From the sequence record MW749003.1: 64,000 nt of DNA. The stretch is one strand, 5' to 3'. This document shows, one piece after another, positions 19,311 to 29,259 of this stretch. The notes beneath the pieces are model-generated. The model was not told the DNA's origin, did no database searches, and saw only the letters and a program-made list of their open reading frames with translations. Each line of letters opens with the position of its first letter. The stretch's first letter is position 1. Position numbers and translations under genes: made by a program.

Positions 19311-22025
19311 TTAGATATAATTAATTGTTATCGTATGTGTATAATACTGTTCAACACCCAAATCAGTATTATTTGAAGATAATTGCTTTCTTAGGTTTAA
19401 ATATTCAGGTACATAATCAATAATTTCTTGTTTAGTCATATCTAAGAATGATGAATGACTAGATTCAATCTTTTGTACAACTTTATCATTAATTGAATTA
19501 AACTCAATATATCTTATGATATCAAAATTCTCTTCTAATCGTCTGATTAAATTAGAAATAGGGAAAATTTCTTCATCATTACAGCTTTCTACAAAATCTG
19601 AAATATAGCTTTTAATTGCAATATCTGTTTCACTTGTAACGGCATTATTAGCGTATATAGTGAGATTAAGGTCAAGATCAATTCTATCCAGACCCTTTAA
19701 TACATACTTATTCTGAGTACTATCCCAAACTTTTCCTGTATCATACCAAGATGATTTACCATAAGTGTTATAAAATTTAACATCAATACTTGTATTATTC
19801 TCAAGTTTATCCATATTGTCCGTTAGAGATAAAATAAATTTATCCATTAAATCATAGACTAACGGATAATTATATTGAAAATAAGTATATTCAATTAATG
19901 GAATCGATTTTAATTTAAAACCACTTTCAGTTGGAAATATATTACTCTCAATTACATTAGACATATTTGAGAATAGATTTATAGGATCATCATTTCTTAG
20001 TAGGCATACTACACCAAAGTCTGTCATATCTGGCATTTTTAATACGTCTGTAGTCTTTTCAGTACTAAAATCATTTTTATAGAGAATTACAACATCAAGA
20101 TTAACATCACTATCAATAAATGCATTTTTAACAGTAGTCATCCCTTCATTATCCAAAATAGGGCTTGAATCAAGAGTATAAAGACTATTATAAATATTCA
20201 ATTTGTTATTGCTAATTGAATTCCACTTTTCTGTTGCTAGATATCCTTCATATAATAACTCTGTATCACTAGTTCTATTGAAATCAAAATAGCCATATAT
20301 TTCCCCATTAGTTGATTTGAGTATCCCTCGTATCTTAACATTATCATCAAAATTGTCATCAATTAAGTTTGTTACAAGTGATAGATTAAATTTATATACA
20401 TCTTCTGACATATTATCTCTGGTTAAATCAAAAGATGATACCATAAATTGATAAGGAATACTTGGATTAATATAATTATAGGATAAGCTAACATCTTTAT
20501 TTGCATGAGTTTTATAGTAAATGGATGATAAAACAGGATCCTTTTCTACTTTAATAAGATAAGGAATTGCATATACTAAATATTTTGGATTATTAAGATA
20601 TTCTTCTACCTCTAATTTGTGCCAAACTATAAAATAGATATCATTTTCAATATCATAAATTACTGCACTATTTTCTGGAATAATATAATTATTATTTGAC
20701 ATTTCATTATTACTAATAAATAATGAAGGAATAGTTGTTGTTGGCATCACCATATTCTCATTGTTTCTCAAAAGAATATATGAATTCCATAGTCTCTTAA
20801 TTGCATCATTTCTCTTTTTAATGAACTTAATCTTACTGTTATTTATCTTATCAGAAGAATTAATCTTATTGAAGTATAAGTCTAGGTCATAATCTGTAAT
20901 AAGATTATCTCTCACTAAATAATCTTCAATTAATTTATTTTTAATATCAGCATAAGAAGGTTTATCAGCACCTCCAGAAGCATCAGTAATAGGTTGAATA
21001 TAAATAGGTATTCTACCCATTTCAGTATCATTTAGATAGTTGATAAGAATTTCTCCACTAAATGAGAAATTAGCAGTTGATCCGTCAGTAGTAAATATTT
21101 CTACTTCTAAAGTTGAATTAAAACGTGGTCTGAAATTATTTGGTAAGGCAGAAAATGATATTTCGATTTTATTGTCATCTATAAAAGTATAATAACAATA
21201 CTTTTCATCTTCAGGAGGTGTATAAGTGTTATTAAAGTAAGTTTTTAATAATTCACGTTCTCCATTATATGTGTAGTATACATTAAAATAGGCAAGTTGT
21301 CCTTGATAATTAATATCATAAAATAAATTTTCCGATATATCTTCTGATGAGACAGTGATTGAACTAGTATCTTTTTCCATTTGATAAATATCTACACCCA
21401 TGAAAATATATTTCTCACCATTATAGTTGGCTTCCCATAGTTTTAGATAGGGATTCTTAACTGTAAAAAATGGAAAAGTAGATTCATCGTACATGTATCT
21501 AGCGATTACACTATAATCATTATTAACATTATTTGCCTTAAAGATTAATTGAATTGGAAATGGAATCATGAAATTATAATCCCCAACACTAAGCAAATAA
21601 TCATTATTTATGATAAACTCATAAGCACTATCAGAATCTGATAGATTCTCATCTGAATCAATTTTTCTAAATTTTGTACTATTTATAACATCACTTTTCT
21701 TTACACTAAAGTTAATCTTCATATGTGATGGTGTTGCCATAGAGATCTGTGAATTTTGTACTTTAGCAAAATTATAAATAGATTTTGGAATAGATGCTGT
21801 GTTTAGGAAATGTTCATCATACAGGATATTTCTATGATAAATATTATTCTTTATCTCATTAGACATAACTTCATTATTATATCCAAATAAACCTGCTTTA
21901 AGTAAACTAATACTCACTTCATCATTATCATCAATTCCAAAATATTTTTTAGCGATTTCTAGCCATTTATCCTCAATGCTATAAGATGTATTATTGACTG
22001 TTATAATACTATTCTCTTCTGCCAT
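19311..22025 (-). CDS. Baseplate wedge protein (T4 gp6 / baseplate J-like)
   Basis: TDASGGADKPS...RDNLITDYD motif; 904 aa. Confidence 0.7.
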   Translation of the reverse strand: MAEENSIITVNNTSYSIEDKWLEIAKKYFGIDDNDEVSISLLKAGLFGYNNEVMSNEIKNNIYHRNILYDEHFLNTASIPKSIYNFAKVQNSQISMATPSHMKINFSVKKSDVINSTKFRKIDSDENLSDSDSAYEFIINNDYLLSVGDYNFMIPFPIQLIFKANNVNNDYSVIARYMYDESTFPFFTVKNPYLKLWEANYNGEKYIFMGVDIYQMEKDTSSITVSSEDISENLFYDINYQGQLAYFNVYYTYNGERELLKTYFNNTYTPPEDEKYCYYTFIDDNKIEISFSALPNNFRPRFNSTLEVEIFTTDGSTANFSFSGEILINYLNDTEMGRIPIYIQPITDASGGADKPSYADIKNKLIEDYLVRDNLITDYDLDLYFNKINSSDKINNSKIKFIKKRNDAIKRLWNSYILLRNNENMVMPTTTIPSLFISNNEMSNNNYIIPENSAVIYDIENDIYFIVWHKLEVEEYLNNPKYLVYAIPYLIKVEKDPVLSSIYYKTHANKDVSLSYNYINPSIPYQFMVSSFDLTRDNMSEDVYKFNLSLVTNLIDDNFDDNVKIRGILKSTNGEIYGYFDFNRTSDTELLYEGYLATEKWNSISNNKLNIYNSLYTLDSSPILDNEGMTTVKNAFIDSDVNLDVVILYKNDFSTEKTTDVLKMPDMTDFGVVCLLRNDDPINLFSNMSNVIESNIFPTESGFKLKSIPLIEYTYFQYNYPLVYDLMDKFILSLTDNMDKLENNTSIDVKFYNTYGKSSWYDTGKVWDSTQNKYVLKGLDRIDLDLNLTIYANNAVTSETDIAIKSYISDFVESCNDEEIFPISNLIRRLEENFDIIRYIEFNSINDKVVQKIESSHSSFLDMTKQEIIDYVPEYLNLRKQLSSNNTDLGVEQYYTHTITINYI

Positions 22026-22036
22026 TGTGTCTCCTC

Positions 22037-22969
22037 CTATTTAAAGAATTTAAGTTTAAATGTTGTCTTTGGATGTAGAGAATCATTTTCATAAGGATCA
22101 GTTTTAACAACAAGAACTTTAGTTGCTTTCACATTAGATTCAGTAAAGTTATAAGGTAATAAATCATTCGTTGTATAGGGAATAACACCTTTATTAGAAC
22201 CTTCAGTTGAATATCTTAACGCTTCAGAATCTAATGTTGCTACTTTATTAAAGTCCATAAGGATTGCTGGATCTAGATCTTCTTTGAACGAGTAACTATA
22301 TTCTACTGATATTTCTGGAATATCATGATCCTTGCCATCAGTTGCTAGGTTAGCATAGGGAACTGAAATAGGAACTGCACCAGTATATTTAGAGAAATAT
22401 AAAATAGTCTCACCATCAAAATCTAAAAGAAAGTAGTAAATTGAACTCACATAGTCTAAATATCTCTTTTTTATAGCATCTTTTGAAGGTGAAAATGTAC
22501 CACGTCTTACATTTTCAGTATATTCTACCCATGCCTTATGTAACTTAATAATGGGTAGACTTTTATATTCCTCAAATTTAACAGTAGTAGTATCACCAAC
22601 TAGACTATCTACAAGTGAAATTGGTAAAGTTTGTTTATATCCATAGAATGTTTCTCCAACATCAATTGTCCTTGCCGCTAAATCCTTACCATCCATTCCT
22701 CTAAATGCATTTGTTAAAATTTTAATAAATGGACTAACTGTTTTTCCATTAGTAGTTAGTGCATTAAAAAGATCAGGTTCTAATGTTTCTAAATACATTA
22801 GAAAACTATCTCTTCGAGTGTTAAGTTTATCTAGATTTAATTTTGGTGTAGTAATAAAAATGTATGGTATACCTTTTACTAATACATCATGATCTTTTGG
22901 ATCTCCTCTTCTATATACATCATATTCTTTGATTATATCAATATGAGGATATAAGTTGAACTCAGACAT
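22037..22969 (-). CDS. Tail-tube-fold virion protein
   Basis: AWVEY...YTGAVPISVP...ISVEYSY pattern; late motif 22996-23007. Confidence 0.55.
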   Translation of the reverse strand: MSEFNLYPHIDIIKEYDVYRRGDPKDHDVLVKGIPYIFITTPKLNLDKLNTRRDSFLMYLETLEPDLFNALTTNGKTVSPFIKILTNAFRGMDGKDLAARTIDVGETFYGYKQTLPISLVDSLVGDTTTVKFEEYKSLPIIKLHKAWVEYTENVRRGTFSPSKDAIKKRYLDYVSSIYYFLLDFDGETILYFSKYTGAVPISVPYANLATDGKDHDIPEISVEYSYSFKEDLDPAILMDFNKVATLDSEALRYSTEGSNKGVIPYTTNDLLPYNFTESNVKATKVLVVKTDPYENDSLHPKTTFKLKFFK

Positions 22970-23032
22970 TTATAAACCTCCTAAAAGCGAATCTTTATTT
23001 AATTGTTCTAAGTAAAAGAAAACTCATTTTTC

Positions 23033-23045
23033 AAATATATATTAT
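23033..23045 (+). promoter_or_regulatory. Early promoter 13-mer
   Basis: Exact AAATATATATTAT. Confidence 0.7.
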
Positions 23046-23170
23046 AAGAATGTTGAAGTAAGTAAATATCAGAGTATATAGACCTTAATAAATCTCTAAA
23101 TAGGAAGCATACAACCACCTTGATGACGCTTCCGCTTCTTCAACATATAAAGATGGAGGAAGATAAACTC

Positions 23171-23218
23171 ATGTTTAAGGCATTAAGAACAGTATTGTCA
23201 ATCATTGGATTACAATAA
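23171..23218 (+). CDS. 15-aa micro-peptide MFKALRTVLSIIGLQ
   Basis: GGAGGA RBS 10 nt before ATG, downstream of an early promoter; not in the ORF track. Confidence 0.5.
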   Translation: MFKALRTVLSIIGLQ

Positions 23219-23392
23219 ATTGGGAACCCTAAAACTAGGTTTATATACTATAACGCCATTAGCGATTAAGTTCGCTAATGGCAAATAGGTGGTTATATTT
23301 TTTTATTTTTTTCTTTTCCTCCTTTGTTAACAAATAATTAATGCTAAATAAATATCATTTAATAATGATAGAAAGGAAAGGTTGAGAAACGA

Positions 23393-24655
23393 ATGGATAT
23401 TAATACACTAATGAATTTTATCTCTGCTTTCGGTTTCGGAAAAGATTTAAATAAAGATAAATCACCGAGAACTAAAGATTGGGAGACTGCGGCTGAAATT
23501 CTTGGCGCTACAGCTACTGCAAGAAGAGGTAGTATTAAATATAGAGCAAAAGATTTAATTGCTCACTATCCTGTTTTATTTTCTGATAATCTTACTTCTC
23601 ATTCAGTACAGCTTGTAAATCGTGCATTAGAGCATGAATATGTAAATATGTTAAAGCTACTTATTCAAAATGATGGTGCAGACGGTTTTGAAAATACTGC
23701 ATCGTATTTAAAAGGATACCATCAAAATATTAGCCATGATGCAAATCTTGATTCTCATTTATCTAAAAGTACAGATGAACTAGAAAGAAGATTTTCAGAG
23801 TCTGTAATTACTGAAAATGATTTAAGAGATGCTAATAAAAAATTACTTGAAAGTTTTAGTGATGATTTAAACCTTCAAGTATTAAATGATTCTACTGTTA
23901 GTAAAGAATATAAAAATTTATTAGAAGATAAAAAAGATGATTCAAATAACAAAAAAGTTGAAAAAGAATTATCTGCAAAACCAAAAATTGATAATACAGA
24001 AATTAAAAAAGCAAATGAATTAACTCCAACTAATGTTTCTGTGGATATTGATTATGAAACTAATAATGGAACAGTTCATAAAACTATCTCTTTTGGAGTT
24101 AAATGTGTTGCTCACCTTCTTGATTCTCAAGATATCGAGTATTTTCTCCCAAATGCTGTAATTACTAAAACACCAATCATGCGTATGATTCAATGGACAT
24201 CAGGGGAGATTAAATTCTTTAAAGATTTCTTATTTTCTATTGATGAAATTAAAAGAACTGCTGTTAAATCAAATGATAAAAATAGCTTCTGGTGGAGAAA
24301 ACTACAAACAATCTCAAAAGTAGCTCATGCTCGTCCTTCTTTATTTGCATTAAGTAAAGGAAGAAAACTAGGAAAAGCCCCAATTCCTACTTCTACAATG
24401 GTAATTAGTAAAGAAAACGTAGACAATATTCGTCATAAACATGGTATTGATCTTCTTGCAAAACCTTCATTTGTTAAGAAAATTATGAAAAATTTCTTCT
24501 TAATGACTTTTATCATTGTTGATGAAAGTATTGAAACAGTGTATATCTTTAATGAAGATACTGGTGATTTCAGTCATTATTCTTTCAAATCATTAGAAGG
24601 CTTTTCAAAACAAAAAAATATTGATATAAAAGATATTTATAGTCTTTTAAAATAA
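23393..24655 (+). CDS. Putative virion head protein
   Basis: 420-aa ORF; late motif 23329-23340. Confidence 0.55.
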   Translation: MDINTLMNFISAFGFGKDLNKDKSPRTKDWETAAEILGATATARRGSIKYRAKDLIAHYPVLFSDNLTSHSVQLVNRALEHEYVNMLKLLIQNDGADGFENTASYLKGYHQNISHDANLDSHLSKSTDELERRFSESVITENDLRDANKKLLESFSDDLNLQVLNDSTVSKEYKNLLEDKKDDSNNKKVEKELSAKPKIDNTEIKKANELTPTNVSVDIDYETNNGTVHKTISFGVKCVAHLLDSQDIEYFLPNAVITKTPIMRMIQWTSGEIKFFKDFLFSIDEIKRTAVKSNDKNSFWWRKLQTISKVAHARPSLFALSKGRKLGKAPIPTSTMVISKENVDNIRHKHGIDLLAKPSFVKKIMKNFFLMTFIIVDESIETVYIFNEDTGDFSHYSFKSLEGFSKQKNIDIKDIYSLLK

Positions 24656-24670
24656 GAGAGGTGAATAAAA

Positions 24671-25705
24671 TTGTTTGAGAAGAAGTTAACTTTATTAGAG
24701 CAGGCTGATGAATTTTTAAGTAATGCAATAGTCCGTAAAGAAACGAATTGGAGTCCTTATAAAATCAAAGTATTAGACGAAGAAGTAAAAACCACTATGG
24801 TTGATAATATTGTAAGTTATATGTTCAATGATGTAAGACAAAAAGCACTTGCCGTTGATTTTGCTATTATAGACAAATCCAAAGGTGATGTAACTACATT
24901 AAGAAACTTTGATACAATTGAAAGAGCAATTTATTTTATTAAGGTAAAAGGAACTTTTAGACAAAAAGATAATGCGGAAATTGTTAGAGCTGTAAATGAA
25001 CTAGATTATGCTTTAAAAACTTTAATTAAATATAAAAGTGATTTTAAACGTGGATTTGCTCTGAATGATTCTCTTTCTCGTTATCTCTATAACTCTATTG
25101 TAATTGCAATTATTCAAGGTTCGTCTTATCTAGTTGCGGAAACTATTGAACTTATGAAGAGCATGCATGGTTATCAAATAAGAGCAAACGACCAAAAAAC
25201 TTTATTTAAAAATAATCATATTAAATCAATTAGTCAATTTAACCAGATGGAAAGAAATGGTCAATTGTCTAAATTATTTAAAGAATCACACAATCTTGCT
25301 GAAAATGCCCTTTTAAATGTTGGTAAGGATGTTGCTAAACGTCTAGGAACTCTTAGTGGTGTTACTAAATGGATTGCTGTTCTTGGTCTAGTTGGATTTT
25401 CACTTACATTTATTAGAAGTATTATTTTCTTGTATTTTAATTCAAGAGTTAAACTATCTCAATATCTCTTACATTTAAAAGAATTTGTAGAAATGAATGC
25501 ATCAACTATTGAATCAGATGGAAAGAAAGTAAAAGAAAAACAAGAAAAGATTGCTCAAACTCTTGGAAAATTATCAGATCGTATTAGAGTTGACCAAAAT
25601 GTTGCAAATGATAGAGCAAACAATCAACTTGAAGATTCAAATAGAATTATTGCATTAGATACTAAAGATTCAGATGATAGTACTAGCAGTTTAAATTTAT
25701 ACTAA
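24671..25705 (+). CDS. Putative virion protein with a hydrophobic segment
   Basis: ORF with RBS GAGGTGA; WIAVLGLVGFSLTFIRSIIFLYF. Confidence 0.55.
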   Translation: MFEKKLTLLEQADEFLSNAIVRKETNWSPYKIKVLDEEVKTTMVDNIVSYMFNDVRQKALAVDFAIIDKSKGDVTTLRNFDTIERAIYFIKVKGTFRQKDNAEIVRAVNELDYALKTLIKYKSDFKRGFALNDSLSRYLYNSIVIAIIQGSSYLVAETIELMKSMHGYQIRANDQKTLFKNNHIKSISQFNQMERNGQLSKLFKESHNLAENALLNVGKDVAKRLGTLSGVTKWIAVLGLVGFSLTFIRSIIFLYFNSRVKLSQYLLHLKEFVEMNASTIESDGKKVKEKQEKIAQTLGKLSDRIRVDQNVANDRANNQLEDSNRIIALDTKDSDDSTSSLNLY

Positions 25706-25778
25706 AAAATTGTCTATAAATAAACATATAATTAGTAAAATTAAATAATAACCTAATTCCGAAGGGAGAAAATAAATA

Positions 25779-26885
25779 ATGAAAAATCTGTTTCTATTAG
25801 AAGATGTTGAGTTGGATGAAACAAAAGAAGAGGAAAAAGAAGTTGTAACTGAAGCGGTTATTGAAGATAAAACTGGTCTTATTGCTCTTACTCTTGAGGC
25901 TGAAATGAGCTGGAATAACCTTCATACTGAAATCGTCAAAGAAGAATTCCAAGCAATCATGACAGAAGATGAAGAACAGGCAACTAAAAGTCGTTCAGAA
26001 TTCTTTAAGAAAGCAATTGCTTTCTTCCAAGAATTATGGAAAAAATTTGTACAAGTTGTTCGAAATCTAGTATCTCGTCTTCAAGTACAGTTTACTAATG
26101 GGGAAAAATTCTTAGCTTCTCGTAAGGAAAAATTAGCTCGTTATCAAGGTGATAAAACTGTTTCTATCTACAATTGGAAAGTTAAAGGAATGCTTGGAAT
26201 TGCTAAAGAATTCCCAACTAATCGTTTAGGTGGCAGTCTTGTAGGAGCTATTAATCAAGCCGCTAAGAGTGGAAAAGCTGTTTCAGCTGATGAAATTGCT
26301 AAAGGATTAGGTTTTGAATCCTTCTCTGCCATTGATAAAGGTGTAGTTGCTAAAGCTCGTGGAAATGAAAAAGTTGAAGTTAAAGTTAGTCCACAAGTTC
26401 TTTCATCTGCGGCTAATGATGTCAAATCTGCTAAACAAATTCTAGGTATTGTTAACCAACTTGGAAAACAATCTCAAGGAATCATCCAAGAAGGACGTAA
26501 AGCGGCTACTGCTGGCTTAAATGCAAAAGATCCTCAAGATCAACAAAAACAAAGTGCGGCTGTTCAAACTGCAAAAGCGGCTCAATCAGTTCTTAACAAA
26601 GTACTAAATGTATTTGTTAAACTTGAAGTTGAGCGTTATGGAGATTCTATGCGTATTGTTTCTGCGGCTACTTCTGGTGGAAGTGCAGGAATGAAAGCTG
26701 ATAAAAAGGCTTCTAAAAATGCGGCTAAAGGAAAACGTGGAAACGAACTAGTAGTAAGTGAAGATTTTGAACTTGATGAAGAACAACCAATTCTTACTCT
26801 TGAAGATTTTGAAGAAGATGAAGAAGAGATTGCACTAGAAGATCTAGAGGATCTTAATCTTGAAGATCTAGAAGAAATTGAATAA
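25779..26885 (+). CDS. Internal head protein-like, acidic termini
   Basis: LLED/VTEA N-terminus, LED repeats at C-terminus; late motif 25723-25734. Confidence 0.55.
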   Translation: MKNLFLLEDVELDETKEEEKEVVTEAVIEDKTGLIALTLEAEMSWNNLHTEIVKEEFQAIMTEDEEQATKSRSEFFKKAIAFFQELWKKFVQVVRNLVSRLQVQFTNGEKFLASRKEKLARYQGDKTVSIYNWKVKGMLGIAKEFPTNRLGGSLVGAINQAAKSGKAVSADEIAKGLGFESFSAIDKGVVAKARGNEKVEVKVSPQVLSSAANDVKSAKQILGIVNQLGKQSQGIIQEGRKAATAGLNAKDPQDQQKQSAAVQTAKAAQSVLNKVLNVFVKLEVERYGDSMRIVSAATSGGSAGMKADKKASKNAAKGKRGNELVVSEDFELDEEQPILTLEDFEEDEEEIALEDLEDLNLEDLEEIE

Positions 26886-26952
26886 TATAAATAAGGATAC
26901 GATTCTAATATGAATCGTATCCTTTTTAATAAAGTATAAGGGGGAATTATTA

Positions 26953-27843
26953 ATGGAATTTTTAAATGACTCAATAATGACAACTGATATATTAGAAGCA
27001 GAAATGAATTTTAATAATATCTATCATGAACTTTTATCTGAGGAAATTAGTTTATTTCTAAATGAGGATGACCCTATTAATCACAATCCAAATCCTACTG
27101 ACTATAAAATGAGGATAAAAGAAGTTGCAAATAAATTGTTGCAAGCCATAATAGATATTTGGATTGCTTTTATATCTAGAATTAAAGATGTAGTAAATAA
27201 AATTATTATCCATATGAAATTAGCAGATAAATTTATGGATCAAAATAGAAAATATCTCCAAGAGTTTGAAAAGACAAACATGTATTTTTCAGATAAAAAG
27301 ATTAAAGTAAGTCCACTATTATTTGATCGTCGAAGATTTGATACCGTAATGAATGCTGTTAGATCAGTTAAGATTGTTTCTGATGATATTATGAAGGTAA
27401 AAATTAGACCAGAGGATATTAGTAAGGATACCATTCAGAAAGAATTAAGTATGAAATTAAGTAATGCTAAAAAAGAAATCAATAAAATGATTGTTGAAAA
27501 AGAAGAAGTAACACCAAATAAAGATTTATATGAAAAAAGTAAATTATTCTTACTTAAAGGTTATGATAGTTTAGTAGCTGAATTTAGTAAAATGTATAAG
27601 ACTACAGATTCAATTATTAGAACTAGTAAAAATAATTTTATAAGTAAATTTAATGTTGATACTTCTACAAGAGATGGAAAATTAGCTGTTAATGGTTATA
27701 TTGAAATCTCAAGAATGTGTGTTTCAACTGTTATTGAATGTTATTCTAGAATGCTTAGCCTCTTAAATCAATTATATACTGATTCATTTACAGTATGTAG
27801 GATGACAGTAGCTGAAGTTAAAAAAAGAAGAAATAATGACTAA
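26953..27843 (+). CDS. Internal head protein-like paralog of 25779-26885
   Basis: Shared LEAEMx(W/F)NN motif. Confidence 0.55.
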   Translation: MEFLNDSIMTTDILEAEMNFNNIYHELLSEEISLFLNEDDPINHNPNPTDYKMRIKEVANKLLQAIIDIWIAFISRIKDVVNKIIIHMKLADKFMDQNRKYLQEFEKTNMYFSDKKIKVSPLLFDRRRFDTVMNAVRSVKIVSDDIMKVKIRPEDISKDTIQKELSMKLSNAKKEINKMIVEKEEVTPNKDLYEKSKLFLLKGYDSLVAEFSKMYKTTDSIIRTSKNNFISKFNVDTSTRDGKLAVNGYIEISRMCVSTVIECYSRMLSLLNQLYTDSFTVCRMTVAEVKKRRNND

Positions 27844-27848
27844 TGTCA

Positions 27849-29039
27849 TTATTTCTTTTTAAAGTATAATTTAGTCTGTAAGTCTGAATACCCATTACTT
27901 CCTACATTAAATATAGAACTAGATTTTAGAATATGATATTCCCCACTATAGTTACTGTAGTTATTAGCGGCAAAATTAAAATAAAATTGGTTATTACATG
28001 ATATAGCATCTATATCAATGGCGTCTAAAGTGCATGTCAAAAAAATTCCTTTTTTAGAATTTGTTACAATTTCCTTTTCTTTATGTTTATTATTATACCT
28101 ATTATAATAAACTCTTGTTTTAATTTCATTAGTACCATAATCATTTCTCACAATATCGCTGTTACTTTGAGAAATAATAATATTATGAGTACCAAGGAAT
28201 TCTTTTCTAGAATCAGAATAGTTTATAAATTTTATATTAGAGATATGAACTTTAGCTGAGTAGAAATCCCCAGATTCTGTTACTGTATCATTATAGAATA
28301 ATGAATCTCCTTCAGCAGTATCACTAACAACCTTTATATGAGTATTTTTATATTTACCTTCTAATACAGGTAAATTAGAATTATCATGTTTATTAATAAT
28401 ATAATATGCATTAAAATCTAAGAATATTCTTAGTCCATAATTATATATTCCATAAACAGTATCAAGATATTTCATTGATCTAATAATATTATTAGGAGGT
28501 AGTATAATTTGATCATATATAATTTGATTATCTGGTTTTTCAAATATAATTGGTTTTGATGGAAATTTTTGTGCAAGATATAAAATTGTACTCTCAATAT
28601 CAGAGTCTTTTAAAACTGTGTTAACTAGTCTTTTATTATTCGATAAATCTTCTTCACTCATTAATAAAAAAGTAGTTCTTAAACTAGGAATCTGATCAGT
28701 AGTACTATTTAAACCTTCAGGCATATTAATTGGAGAAATATCCTTATCAACTGGTATAAAAATTTTATTTTTCATATAATACGTAAAGATAGTTGTATCA
28801 TTACTCTCCAAATTCTCATGTTTGTATTTTTTAATGGTTATTGAGAATTTACATGAATCATTTTTCTGAATTAGATAATAACTTTCAAAATCTAATTCTA
28901 TATTTAATCTTAAAATAGGAAATACATTATTATCATAATCATTAATTATTTCTATGCTCCTAAACATACTGTCTAATACTATTGGATTATCAATTCCGTC
29001 AATAGCAACAAATCCTTCTATTAAATAAGAAGTATCCAT
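27849..29039 (-). CDS. Hypothetical, possibly baseplate hub-like virion protein
   Basis: 396-aa ORF with RBS GGAGG. Confidence 0.5.
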   Translation of the reverse strand: MDTSYLIEGFVAIDGIDNPIVLDSMFRSIEIINDYDNNVFPILRLNIELDFESYYLIQKNDSCKFSITIKKYKHENLESNDTTIFTYYMKNKIFIPVDKDISPINMPEGLNSTTDQIPSLRTTFLLMSEEDLSNNKRLVNTVLKDSDIESTILYLAQKFPSKPIIFEKPDNQIIYDQIILPPNNIIRSMKYLDTVYGIYNYGLRIFLDFNAYYIINKHDNSNLPVLEGKYKNTHIKVVSDTAEGDSLFYNDTVTESGDFYSAKVHISNIKFINYSDSRKEFLGTHNIIISQSNSDIVRNDYGTNEIKTRVYYNRYNNKHKEKEIVTNSKKGIFLTCTLDAIDIDAISCNNQFYFNFAANNYSNYSGEYHILKSSSIFNVGSNGYSDLQTKLYFKKK

Positions 29040-29076
29040 TATAATTACCTCCTTATAAAAAAAAAGATAGCAAACG

Positions 29077-29259
29077 CTATCTTTTTAAACATTTACAATC
29101 TTTATCACATAGTGAATGTAAACTATGATTTTCTTCTCTTAATTTATCTCTCTCTTTTTTAATATTAGAAAAATGAAATAAATGAAGAAATATTAACATT
29201 AAAATCAGGATTGTAATAAAACGAATTACAATATATTTCATAATACTATTATTATTCAT
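29077..29259 (-). CDS. Small membrane-anchored protein
   Basis: RBS GAAGGGGA before ATG 29259; one TM helix plus short coiled coil. Confidence 0.55.
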   Translation of the reverse strand: MNNNSIMKYIVIRFITILILMLIFLHLFHFSNIKKERDKLREENHSLHSLCDKDCKCLKR

